Positions 27,829 through 38,199 are shown, counted from the first letter of the stretch. The stretch is DNA of 43,857 nt from Promethearchaeota archaeon (GCA_004524535.1 SDNY01000016.1:1-43857), one strand, 5' to 3'. Notes: a model not told the origin generated them from the sequence alone. A program made the numbers and translations.

Positions 27829-29607
27829 ATGGGTGGGATTTGTGGATTTAATTGGAACGATAAAGAGTTAATTCATAGAATGGTAAATTCTATCATCCAT
27901 AGAGGGCCTGATGGTACAAATTATTTCATTGGTAATAAAGTATCATTAGGTTATGCTAGGCTCGCTACCATTGATCTATTAAAAAGGAGTGGAGAATTAA
28001 TTCATAATGAAGATAGTACATTATGGATAGCATTGAATGGTGTGATTTATAATTACCATAATATTCGAAAAAACTTGGAACATCTTGGTCATAAATTTTA
28101 TACGAACACTATTGCTGAAACCATATTACACTCATATGAACAGTATGGCTATCGATGCTTAAATACTTTTAATGGACAATTTACATTTTGTATTTATGAT
28201 GTTAATAAAAAAAATCTTTTTTTAGCTCGAGATAAATTTGGAATAAAACCATTATATTATTATTACAAAAATAATCGGTTCATCTTTGGCTCTGAAATAA
28301 AAGCTATTCTCCAATATGATTTAGAAAAGAAAATCAAGAAAGAAGCTTTAAGAGAATACTTTACTTACAGATTCACAATTGCTCCAAATACGATATTTGA
28401 AGATATTTATAAATTAAAACCCTCTCATTATATAATTCTAAATTTGGAAACAAATGAGATAACTTTGAAGAGTTATTTTAGGCTGGATATTGATTTAAAG
28501 ATGTCTATACCTATGAAAGAAATCGCATTTATAACTTTTAAACTATTGAACCAATCTGTAAAGCTAAGAATGACTGCTGATGTACCCATTTGCACTTTTT
28601 TATCTGGAGGTATAGACTCCAGTATAGTAACAGGTCTTGCGTCTCAATATAATAAAAATCTAAATACATTTTCAGTGGGATTTGAAAATTCTAATGAATT
28701 AAATTATGCAAAACTAGTATCTGATTACTTCAATACAACCCACCATGAATATATACTAACTAATGATGACGTAATTAAAGAATTTGATAAAATGATATTT
28801 CATATAGATGAGCCAATAGGAGACGCTGCTTTTTTACCAGTCTTATTTCTTTCTAAACAGATGAGTAAAAAATTTAAAATTGCATTAACCGGAGATGCTG
28901 GAGATGAAGTATTTGGAGGGTATGATAAATATAAGATGTTCTATTATGGACGATTTATCTCAAAATTCATTCCAAAAATCAAAATAAATCAAGAAATAAT
29001 AAGGAGACTATCGAAATTATCTGAATTAAGAGATATTGACGCTTATATAGAGACAATACGAGTATTTTCTGATGAGGATTTGAGTAAATTGCATATAGAA
29101 CCCAGAAAAACCTATAAATATTGGATAGAAAATTTAAGAACAATGCAAAAAATGCAATTTTATGATTTAAATACTTCGGTTACTGAAGATTTCAATATGA
29201 AATCTGATAAAATGAGTATGGCTTTTGGTGTTGAACAGCGATTTCCTTTTGCAGATGAAAGAATAATTAAGTTTGCGTTAAGTTTACCCCTGAAATTGAA
29301 ACTCCGCTTTTGGAATGAAAAATTTTTGTTAAAAAAATCTTTCTCCACATTTTTGCCTAAAACAATAGTTAAGAGAAGAAAAAGAGGATTTAATACTCCT
29401 ATGGATGACTGGTTTAAAACAATTCTAAAAGAGCGTTTTATAAATTTACTGACTAATAAATCTCATAAATTATATAACAAAGAACATGCAATAACACTTT
29501 TTAAGAGATTAATAAAAAGTAGTTCAAATTATAAAAGAAATTTTCTTTTAAGCCAAAAGCTTTGGACAATTTTTGTTTTTGAAGAATGGTATAATCAAGT
29601 GTTCTAA
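27829..29607 (+). CDS. AsnB-family ATP-dependent amide ligase with an inactivated glutaminase domain
   Basis: Full length. LSGGIDSS, DEPIGD and GDEVFGGY are kept, but it has MGGICG (Cys2->Gly), NGVIYN and TNTIAE. Confidence 0.9.
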   Translation: MGGICGFNWNDKELIHRMVNSIIHRGPDGTNYFIGNKVSLGYARLATIDLLKRSGELIHNEDSTLWIALNGVIYNYHNIRKNLEHLGHKFYTNTIAETILHSYEQYGYRCLNTFNGQFTFCIYDVNKKNLFLARDKFGIKPLYYYYKNNRFIFGSEIKAILQYDLEKKIKKEALREYFTYRFTIAPNTIFEDIYKLKPSHYIILNLETNEITLKSYFRLDIDLKMSIPMKEIAFITFKLLNQSVKLRMTADVPICTFLSGGIDSSIVTGLASQYNKNLNTFSVGFENSNELNYAKLVSDYFNTTHHEYILTNDDVIKEFDKMIFHIDEPIGDAAFLPVLFLSKQMSKKFKIALTGDAGDEVFGGYDKYKMFYYGRFISKFIPKIKINQEIIRRLSKLSELRDIDAYIETIRVFSDEDLSKLHIEPRKTYKYWIENLRTMQKMQFYDLNTSVTEDFNMKSDKMSMAFGVEQRFPFADERIIKFALSLPLKLKLRFWNEKFLLKKSFSTFLPKTIVKRRKRGFNTPMDDWFKTILKERFINLLTNKSHKLYNKEHAITLFKRLIKSSSNYKRNFLLSQKLWTIFVFEEWYNQVF

Positions 29608-29739
29608 TTTCTTCATGTTCAATGTAATTAAACATATATAACTAATATATAAACATAGTTTATTTTTGAGCAAAAATTCAATACAATAATTTAAGGTTTT
29701 TTACTTTAGCTTAAAACTTTTATAGACTTTCATTAAAAT

Positions 29740-31521
29740 ATGTGCGGAATTTGTGGTTTTAACTGGAACGATAAGAACCTTGTTGGTAAAATGATTCATA
29801 CACTTAAACATAGAGGTCCAGATGATTCGGGAAACTACTTGGATAATGAGGTTTCTCTAGGTCACACCAGATTAGCGATAATTGATCTGTCTGCTAAAGG
29901 AAAACAACCAATTCATAATGAAGATAATTCAATTTGGATAATATTTAATGGAGAGATTTATAATTATCAAGAAATTAAAAAAAGATTATTAAAAATGAAT
30001 CATAACTTCTACACGAATACTGATACAGAAGTTATTATACATGCGTATGAGCAATTTGGTACTGAGTGTTTAAACCAATTTAATGGTCAATTTGCATTTT
30101 GTATTTATGATTCAAATAAAAAATCTCTATTTTTAGCTAGGGATCGTTTTGGAATAAAACCCTTATATTATTTTTTTAAAAATAACTCTTTCATCTTTGC
30201 TTCCGAAATAAAATCTATTCTTCAGTACGATTTTAAGAAGAGTATAAATAAAAAGGCTTTACGGGAATACTTAACTTTTAGATTCACTATTGCACCAAAT
30301 TCAATATTTAACAATGTTTATAAACTCTATCCCTCCAGTTATCTTATCTATGATTTGGACAAAAATTCTTTGAAAATTAATAAATATTATACCCAAGAAA
30401 TCCAAAGCTCTTATAAATATGATATAAACACCCTAACCTCAACCATATATAAATTAATTAATGATTCTGTAAGATTAAGAATGATCGCTGATGTTCCTGT
30501 CTGTAGTTTTCTTTCTGGTGGAATAGATTCAAGTATTATTACATATATGGCAACCAAATATAATCCAAATATAAACACCTACTCGGTTGGGTTTGAAAAC
30601 TTTAGTGAACTAAAATTCGCAAAAATAGTTTCTGACTATTTTAAAACAAATCATCATGAATTAATAATAAAGAAGGAAGATGTTTTAGGAAATATTGAGA
30701 AGATGATATATCACATGGATGAACCTATAGGAGATGCAGCATTTTTTCCTACACTTCTTATTTCAGAGTTAGTTAGTAGAGATTACAAAGTAGTATTAGC
30801 AGGAGAAGGTTCAGATGAGATATTTGGAGGATATGATAAATACAAATTATTAAATTATGGGAAGAAAATATCTTGGTTTTTACCAAAAGTAAGATTTCAA
30901 AATGACATTCTCCAAAGGATTGGTAAATTCTCAAAATTAGATGACTATCAAGGATATATTGAAGTTATTCGTGCTTTTACTGATGAAGAATTAAAACTAT
31001 TAAAACTCTCTTTCATCCAAATGAAGCAATTTCAGAAAAGAGGGTTAAATAGATTCCAAAAAATGCAATTTATTGATTTAAACACTTCTTTATGTGAAGA
31101 TTTTTTTATGAAAGCGGATAAGATGAGTTCTGCTTTTGGACTTGAAGAAAGAGTCCCGTTCATGGATCATAGACTTGTTTCATTTGCTTTAAATTTGCCA
31201 ACAAAACTCAAGTTGCGTTTTTGGAATGAAAAATTTATTTTAAAACAGACTTTTTCAAATATCTTACCGAAAGTTATAATTAAGAGGAGAAAAACAGGAT
31301 ATAATACACCAATGGATTTGTGGTTAAAAACTGTTATAAAAGACAGATTTTTGGAAATATTCCATCAAAACCGCCATAATCTTTACAAGAAGGATTATAT
31401 CATTGATTTATATAATAGACTTTTAAAAACAGGATCAAATTATAAACAAAACTTTTATTTGGCACAGAAATTATGGTCTATATATGTTTTCGAAGAATGG
31501 TTTAACCAATATATGAATTAG
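29740..31521 (+). CDS. asnB: Asparagine synthase (glutamine-hydrolysing) family amidotransferase, probably glycan-amidating
   Basis: MCGICG, HRGPD, GHTRLAIID, NGEIYN, TDTEVI, ARDRFGIKPLYY, LSGGIDSS, GEGSDEIFGGY and EERVPFMDH. Confidence 0.93.
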   Translation: MCGICGFNWNDKNLVGKMIHTLKHRGPDDSGNYLDNEVSLGHTRLAIIDLSAKGKQPIHNEDNSIWIIFNGEIYNYQEIKKRLLKMNHNFYTNTDTEVIIHAYEQFGTECLNQFNGQFAFCIYDSNKKSLFLARDRFGIKPLYYFFKNNSFIFASEIKSILQYDFKKSINKKALREYLTFRFTIAPNSIFNNVYKLYPSSYLIYDLDKNSLKINKYYTQEIQSSYKYDINTLTSTIYKLINDSVRLRMIADVPVCSFLSGGIDSSIITYMATKYNPNINTYSVGFENFSELKFAKIVSDYFKTNHHELIIKKEDVLGNIEKMIYHMDEPIGDAAFFPTLLISELVSRDYKVVLAGEGSDEIFGGYDKYKLLNYGKKISWFLPKVRFQNDILQRIGKFSKLDDYQGYIEVIRAFTDEELKLLKLSFIQMKQFQKRGLNRFQKMQFIDLNTSLCEDFFMKADKMSSAFGLEERVPFMDHRLVSFALNLPTKLKLRFWNEKFILKQTFSNILPKVIIKRRKTGYNTPMDLWLKTVIKDRFLEIFHQNRHNLYKKDYIIDLYNRLLKTGSNYKQNFYLAQKLWSIYVFEEWFNQYMN

Positions 31522-31540
31522 GCTTATATATTTTTTATTT

Positions 31541-32300
31541 CTAAAAGTTTTTATAGAATTCATACACTCGTTCGGTTATAGCATCCCAAGAATATTGCTT
31601 TTCAATCAAAAGTCTTGCATTTTTACCAAGCCGAGTACAGCGTTCATTATTATTAATCAAATCAAGTACTAAATCTACTGCATTATGATATTTTGATATA
31701 TCATATAATAAACCATTCTCATTATGTGTAATTATATTAGAGATTCCACTAACGTTGGATGAAACTATAGGAGTGACACAAGTAAAACCCTCATAAATTA
31801 CATTTGGCACACCCTCTGTGCGGGAAATAATTAGTAAAACTCTACTTTGATTATAAATTTCTTGTATTTTTTCATATGGATATGAAGCAATGAGTTTTAT
31901 CGGTAGCTTTTTCTGTGCATCTTGAACCATTCGCTTTAAAGGACCTTCTCCGACTATTAAGAATTCCAAACTATTATCTTTATCAAATAATTTTTTAGCA
32001 ATTTCTAAAAATATATCTACACCCTTAATATATGATAATCTTGTTGCTAATAGTGTAATATATCTTCTTTCAATTTTATCATTCCTCTTATATCTGAAAA
32101 TATCCACACCATTAGAAATATGCGCAGTTAATTTACTTTCCAGATTATAGCGTTCTTTAATAATTTTCAAATCTTTATAAAAAACTGAGATTATAGCATC
32201 AACTGTTTTAATTGGCTGTTTACCAATTATTCTATCAAAAAATAACTCCTAAAACATCAGCTGAAAATTCTCGAACATGCTTGACATTTTTGAATCCTAT
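31541..32300 (-). pseudogene. Decayed GT4 glycosyltransferase (paralog of 32420..33562)
   Basis: The C-terminal half is intact (YITLLATRLSYIKG, SRTEGVPNVIYE). Homology continues upstream of 32170 through an in-frame TAG at 32249-32251 (FENFQLMF*ELFFD vs YENLQLFFKKNIFD). The N-terminal domain is lost. Confidence 0.85.
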
Positions 32301-32419
32301 TAAATTAAGTTAATTTAAAAGATCTTTTCTTAAAATTTCGGATTATCTGTAAAATGAATGGATTAATAAGATTTTTAGAGATCTAAATTAATTTATAAAG
32401 TTTTCTAAGAATTAAAAAG

Positions 32420-33562
32420 TTACTTATAATATAGTTCTTTATAAATGTTATATATTTTATCAGTAATAACATCCCATGAATAATCTTTTTGCATTAATTC
32501 TCTTCCATTTTTACCAAAAGAAGCTATTTTCTCATCATCATTAACTAAATCTAATATATATTTAACAGATTCTTTATAATTATTTATATCAAATAAATAT
32601 CCATTTTTATTATGAGAAATCACTCCCGAGATACCTCCTACGTTAGTGGAAATAACTGGAGTTTCGCTAGCAAAACTTTCATAAAGAACATTTGGAGTTC
32701 CCTCAAAACGAGAAGTAATTAACAACATCTTGCTTTTATTATAAACATTCTGTATTTTATCATGAGGATAGTCTGGGTAATATTTAATGGGGATTTTGTT
32801 TTGAAGATTTAATATCATATTTTTTAAATTACCATTTCCTATGACCAAAAATTTCAGGTCTTGATTTTTTTTATATAATTCATTGACAATTTTAATAAAT
32901 ATATCAATTCCTTTGATATAAGAGAGTCTTGTAGCAATTAATGTTATATATTTTCTTTCTTTTTTAGGATTTGGCTTAAATTTATCTAAGTCAACTCCGT
33001 TTGGAATGAAATGAGTATCTTTTGAATTAAGATTATATTTTTGACGAATAAAATCAAGGTCTTTTTGATTAACAGAGATTATTTTATCAGCTTTTTTAAA
33101 GGGTAATTTTCCAAGAGTAGGATCGAAAATATTTTTTTTAAAAAATAATTGAAGGTTTTCGTATTTGCTACAATCATGATTTTTATAGGTCTGAATTCCT
33201 CCGTGTACATGTAAGACTAATGGAAATTTATACAATAATTTTAATAATACCGCTTCTAATGTAGTGAAAAAATAATATCCATGTACATGAACAATATCAA
33301 AATCTTTTTTGTGTTTTTTTAAAAAATGTAAAATATTCACAATAGGATTTTTATTCCATAAATAAAAAAAACATCTCTTATAAACAATTTCTACATGGTC
33401 TTGTAAAACTTTATTTTTTATATGTTGTTTCAATAGATCTGAAGTAAGTATCACATTCTCAACCCTCTTTCTATTAGCTAAGTTTAATGATAATTGTTTA
33501 CAGTAAAGTTGAGTCCCACCAATAAAATCTGGTGGAAATGGCACAATTCTTAAGATTTTCAA
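32420..33562 (-). CDS. Glycosyltransferase family 4 (GT-B)
   Basis: MKILRIVPFPPDFIGG, DIVHVHG, IPNGVD, SRFEGTPNVLYE (E-x7-E) and PVISTNVGG. TTG start after AAGTGA. Confidence 0.92.
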   Translation of the reverse strand: MKILRIVPFPPDFIGGTQLYCKQLSLNLANRKRVENVILTSDLLKQHIKNKVLQDHVEIVYKRCFFYLWNKNPIVNILHFLKKHKKDFDIVHVHGYYFFTTLEAVLLKLLYKFPLVLHVHGGIQTYKNHDCSKYENLQLFFKKNIFDPTLGKLPFKKADKIISVNQKDLDFIRQKYNLNSKDTHFIPNGVDLDKFKPNPKKERKYITLIATRLSYIKGIDIFIKIVNELYKKNQDLKFLVIGNGNLKNMILNLQNKIPIKYYPDYPHDKIQNVYNKSKMLLITSRFEGTPNVLYESFASETPVISTNVGGISGVISHNKNGYLFDINNYKESVKYILDLVNDDEKIASFGKNGRELMQKDYSWDVITDKIYNIYKELYYK

Positions 33563-33838
33563 TGAATTTCACTTAAAATTTTGTCTATGATTTAATAAGA
33601 TTTCTATTCTTTTAATTTTATTTATTAAAATTATTATCAATTTTTTGATTATTGACAGTTTAATTATATTCTAATTAAAATTTTTCTAATGGATATTTAC
33701 AAATATATAGTTGATTTTATTTAATAAAAGATTTCTTTTTTGGCTTGAAAAAAGTCTAAGTTGAGAAGAGAATTTTCTTTATAATACACTAATATAATCT
33801 CTATTATCTTGAAATATTTAAAAACTAGTAAATTCTTA

Positions 33839-36800
33839 TCAAGACTTTATTGAACTATAAAATAAATTATCTCCTATATCGTAATTTAAGTCCCACGAAT
33901 ATCCAATTGCATCTAAATATAAATTTTCATATTCCTTCTCAGTAATATCGGTTTCAATGACAAAATTCTCAATGCTTATTGGACTTCCTTTAAAATCTAA
34001 TTCCCCAGAATTAATTCCATTAACAAAAATTCTATATTTTTTTGGGTTCAAGCCTAAATAACCATTATTTCCACTTTCAAAATCGATTCTTACATGATGC
34101 CATTTGTAAGCGGAAGGTTTTTCTACATAGGGAATAGTACGATATGTAACACCATCATGAAAGAACCAGCCATCACTCCGAATTAAAAACAAAGGACCAA
34201 ACAAGCCCTTTCCCGCGAGTCCAAATTTGACATTATTGGAGGGATATGAATGAAAGATCCAAAATTCAATAGTGCCAAATGCCTGTGGAGAATTAAAATT
34301 TTGAGTAGCATAAGCATTTACAGTAACGTCATTGTCAAAAATTTGCATAATTTTTCTATGACTTAGATAACTTCCTAAAATCTTAATATAACATTTATTA
34401 GATGCTAGTGAAACATTCCATCCTAATGGTATTGCTCCAATTTCATCATTATCGAATGAGAATGTTCCGTTATAATCTCTTAATTCATAAACTCCTATAT
34501 CCTCAATTTCAGGAGCATAATATACGGCGAGATTCTTATATCTATATAATTCTTTTGAATATATTTCAGGTAATAAATAATTATCGATAAAATCTATATC
34601 ATTGCTGGAAGCTCCAGGATGGTCATCGTAAAAAATTGCATATTCAACGTTTCTTCGTTTTATTTCATCAAGTTGTTCTAAATATGGGTTATTAATATAA
34701 AATAATCCTGTTTTTCCCCCATAATTAGGCAAAAAATAACAACTGTCTCGTTCAAAGAAACTTGAAATAATACAATGTATTTCATAATCATTCTCAATTA
34801 GAATTCTTGAATCGTAATTTAAATTTTCAGTAACCCAACCTAATACATTAGCTTCTGCTTCTGTCAATTTTTCATCAATATTACCTTGGATAGCTCCACC
34901 TATGAGAACATTTGAATATGAGGTGATAATTAATAAAGAGACAACTGATAATTTGAAGAGATAAATAAAATTTCTATTTCTAAAACCTATATGAAAACGG
35001 GATATTTTCTTTGAGTATTTGAGAAAATTTAATAACTCGATACTCCCAATTGAGGCAAGAGTACTAAAAGCAGGAATAGCGGAAAACCAATTTTTTTCAA
35101 ACCAATTTATAGCTCCTAAATAATAATAACTATTAATTTCATAACTTTGAAAAGTATCAAAAGTAATAATAAAAAATAGATATAAAGAATAAGAAATTGA
35201 TATGATAACCCATGAAGTCAGGAAATAGAATAAATCTCTGTATTTTTTAAAGCAAAAATATGATAAATATATACCGATGATTCCAATAATCCCAATATAT
35301 AAAAAAATATAAATGATTGCGTAATACCAATAATTCTCCAAGAAAAAGATATATTTATAGGTGTAGAATATAAAAATAATATTATAAACATTTATCAATA
35401 CAAAAATTGTGAAAAGTGAAAGCAAAAGAATAAATAGATATTTAGGATTCACATTTAATTTTGAATGCTTCTTATATCTGTCTAATAATGACTTAGTTCT
35501 AATAAACTTAATAAATGAGATGAAAAGAATTAATCCAATAAAACTACCATATGTAAAAGTAAATTTATTGAATATTTTTGGAAAATCGAAATATTTCGAA
35601 TATTTCTTATAATAGAGATGACTTAAAAAAAAGTCTGCTGATATATCAAAAATAAAAAATAAAATAAATAATAGAATTAAATGCAGTTTAAAAGATTGAA
35701 ATCTCCTTTTTATATTAATTCTTTCTGAAAAGAAACAATTTAAAAAAATTATATAAATACCTATAATTAGAGGGATCATATAAATCATAAAAGCTATGAC
35801 TAAAACGTAAGAGGATAGAAATAGAACTTTAAAGTCTTCAGATCTGTAAAACTTTTTCGAAGTCATATCGAAATCCTCATCTGATTTTATAAAAAATAAG
35901 CTAATTGATATATATAACAGAAGATAAGCGAAAGTTTTATAATCAAAATTGAATTGACTACGAAATGTATAATGAGAGATACTGCCCCACTGATTAATAA
36001 TCAATGGGTAAAAGCAAAAAAAACCTCCATAAATTGATATCAAGATTGTTGATAAAACAGCGTAATTTTCATTATAATTCTTTAATATCGATTTTATGAA
36101 AAGATACATACTCGTTATTGATAAATAACAAAATGGTGCTAACAACGCATTAGTATTCATAAATGGAATTCCGGTTAAACTAGCTAATCCAAAAATTATA
36201 TACCCCCAAAATATAGGATAATTACGATCTTTTCCATAATCAATTGGTTTTATTTGATGTTTTCCGATATAATTAGCAGAACCTATCCCAATCCATGCGT
36301 CTCCTTTAATATTATATCCTACGGAAAATAAAATTCCAAGAGCAAATAATGAAACACCTGCAGCTACAATTAGAACAATAAGTGTATTTTTTGAAATTTT
36401 TAAATATTCAAATTTTAGGTTTAGATCATCTTTTCTCTTTTTTTTAATGATCAAATTGAAAAAAAAAAATCCTAAAATTATAAATAACAAAAATGGTGAG
36501 AAGAATTTTTTTAATACTCCAAATCCATCAAGGATAAATACACTTACACCGATAAATGTAAAAGACAAAATTGGATATAAAGTAATTTTTAAAAAAAAAG
36601 ATTCTATATTGAATCTTTCGTGGAGAGTATTTTCTGGAAAAATTAAATCAAAAAGACATGCACCTGGAAGAAATGCAGATCCAATTATAAAAATTATGGC
36701 TCTAATTAAATTAAGTATATTAATTTCTTCCCAATTAAGAACTGTAGTCACAAATTCAATAGGAGGTATTAAAAAAGCGAATAACATTAACAGTATAAGA

Positions 36801-37051
36801 ATAAATTTGAAATTATCCTCAGAGATGCATCTAAATCGAATTAAAGCTTTATTCCTCAAATTAGATTTTAGTGTCACAAATAAAAAAAAACCAGATATTA
36901 CAGTAAAAAAACCTAAAACCATTATAAAAGAGATTTTATCATCTAAATCATTAGGAATTAAGAAGATTTCAGATAAATAGATATAATATAAAATAATAAA
37001 TACAAAAACAAATACAAAAATAAGAGATTTCCGCAGTGTATTTTTTAGCAG
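33839..37051 (-). CDS. Large polytopic GT-C-like membrane protein (paralog B), probable CTG start, ~1070 aa
   Basis: Colinear with 21163..24351 (GDAW...YPIF, NTNALLAPF, SHYTFRS.F.FDYKT, NWFEKNW, YLDAIGYSWD). The frame upstream of 36922 aligns without gaps to paralog A up to CTG 37051, which is preceded by GAGGGA. Confidence 0.7.
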   Translation of the reverse strand: MLKNTLRKSLIFVFVFVFIILYYIYLSEIFLIPNDLDDKISFIMVLGFFTVISGFFLFVTLKSNLRNKALIRFRCISEDNFKFILILLMLFAFLIPPIEFVTTVLNWEEINILNLIRAIIFIIGSAFLPGACLFDLIFPENTLHERFNIESFFLKITLYPILSFTFIGVSVFILDGFGVLKKFFSPFLLFIILGFFFFNLIIKKKRKDDLNLKFEYLKISKNTLIVLIVAAGVSLFALGILFSVGYNIKGDAWIGIGSANYIGKHQIKPIDYGKDRNYPIFWGYIIFGLASLTGIPFMNTNALLAPFCYLSITSMYLFIKSILKNYNENYAVLSTILISIYGGFFCFYPLIINQWGSISHYTFRSQFNFDYKTFAYLLLYISISLFFIKSDEDFDMTSKKFYRSEDFKVLFLSSYVLVIAFMIYMIPLIIGIYIIFLNCFFSERINIKRRFQSFKLHLILLFILFFIFDISADFFLSHLYYKKYSKYFDFPKIFNKFTFTYGSFIGLILFISFIKFIRTKSLLDRYKKHSKLNVNPKYLFILLLSLFTIFVLINVYNIIFIFYTYKYIFFLENYWYYAIIYIFLYIGIIGIIGIYLSYFCFKKYRDLFYFLTSWVIISISYSLYLFFIITFDTFQSYEINSYYYLGAINWFEKNWFSAIPAFSTLASIGSIELLNFLKYSKKISRFHIGFRNRNFIYLFKLSVVSLLIITSYSNVLIGGAIQGNIDEKLTEAEANVLGWVTENLNYDSRILIENDYEIHCIISSFFERDSCYFLPNYGGKTGLFYINNPYLEQLDEIKRRNVEYAIFYDDHPGASSNDIDFIDNYLLPEIYSKELYRYKNLAVYYAPEIEDIGVYELRDYNGTFSFDNDEIGAIPLGWNVSLASNKCYIKILGSYLSHRKIMQIFDNDVTVNAYATQNFNSPQAFGTIEFWIFHSYPSNNVKFGLAGKGLFGPLFLIRSDGWFFHDGVTYRTIPYVEKPSAYKWHHVRIDFESGNNGYLGLNPKKYRIFVNGINSGELDFKGSPISIENFVIETDITEKEYENLYLDAIGYSWDLNYDIGDNLFYSSIKS

Positions 37052-37377
37052 ATTAAATCCCTCTAATTTTTTTTTTGGTTTTTTTCCGAATAAGTTTTTT
37101 TTCCTAGCAATTTATTTAAATCTTATTGATAAATTAGATTCTTATAAGACAATATATATGTGAATCTAGCTTTTTATTTTGATGCCAGGACAATATTTAA
37201 AACTCATAATATTCCTTTGAAAATAAATATTTATTTTATTCAAGTAAATCCATATCATTTAAAATGTTTGTATAAAATAGACCTTTAGAGTGTCTATTAT
37301 TTAATTGATGAATAATTAAAAGAATAATAAGATATTTGAGGTTAATATTCCCTATTAATAATGTTTTTTAAAAAAAT

Positions 37378-38172
37378 TCAAATCGATAAGTTTAATCTAG
37401 CTATTACTGTTCTCTTTTTTTTTAGGATAATATAAGTAAAATATATTAATAAGAACGAGAAAATAAAAATACTAATTAAGATAATGAACATATTAATTGA
37501 GATTATTGGTTCATTTTCTATCCTATATTCATAAATAATTTGATTTGTGTCTGTTAATAACTTTTGATTAAACAAAAATCCATTAGAAGCAAATTCATAA
37601 ATCATTTCCAATTTTTTACCAGCATTTTCTTCGTATTCACGGGTAACTATTTTACCTTTAACTTTAAATTCATGATACCAATCAATAGATTCTAAATAAT
37701 CTTCTATAGGTACAGGTATGAAATAAGGAGGAATTAACAATTCTATGTTCATAAATGATAATTCTAAAAATTTAGGATCTTTTAATATAAAAAGTGAATC
37801 GTAGATTTTATACCGGGAATTTTCAGGATTATATCTCCACATGTTATTATTTATCCAACCCCACCTACCAATATCTACAATCCATCCTCCCATGTTTTTA
37901 TTTTCATCATCCGGATATAAATCATCATAGTAGTCAATACTTTTAATTTCATACAAGCAATGAGCTCCAACCTGCGCATACGTTCCAAAGATTTCTTCAA
38001 TATCGTTAGTATCTAAGTATTCCTCAGCTAATTCTTCATTGAAAGATATTATTTTATAGGTAAATTCATCCTCTTTTTTTACGGCAATCCAATTTTCTTT
38101 TCCATGAGCAATTGAACTTGATGCAAGAACATTTAAAAGGAGAAATCCAATTATATAATTTTTTACGTTCAT
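37378..38172 (-). CDS. Hypothetical secreted protein with a C-terminal membrane anchor
   Basis: N-terminal signal-like segment, soluble domain, then C-terminal hydrophobic helix followed by KKKR. Confidence 0.75.
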   Translation of the reverse strand: MNVKNYIIGFLLLNVLASSSIAHGKENWIAVKKEDEFTYKIISFNEELAEEYLDTNDIEEIFGTYAQVGAHCLYEIKSIDYYDDLYPDDENKNMGGWIVDIGRWGWINNNMWRYNPENSRYKIYDSLFILKDPKFLELSFMNIELLIPPYFIPVPIEDYLESIDWYHEFKVKGKIVTREYEENAGKKLEMIYEFASNGFLFNQKLLTDTNQIIYEYRIENEPIISINMFIILISIFIFSFLLIYFTYIILKKKRTVIARLNLSI

Positions 38173-38199
38173 TTGATTATAATAAATTGAATATGATAT

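Noticed and set aside
10332-36980. Short ORFs 10332, 13024, 14006, 16101, 18197, 20674, 23061, 23656, 29160, 34402, 35409, 36447
   Set aside because: Antisense or alternative-frame shadows of longer genes. Antisense strands of hydrophobic AT-rich genes readily give K/I/N-rich open frames.
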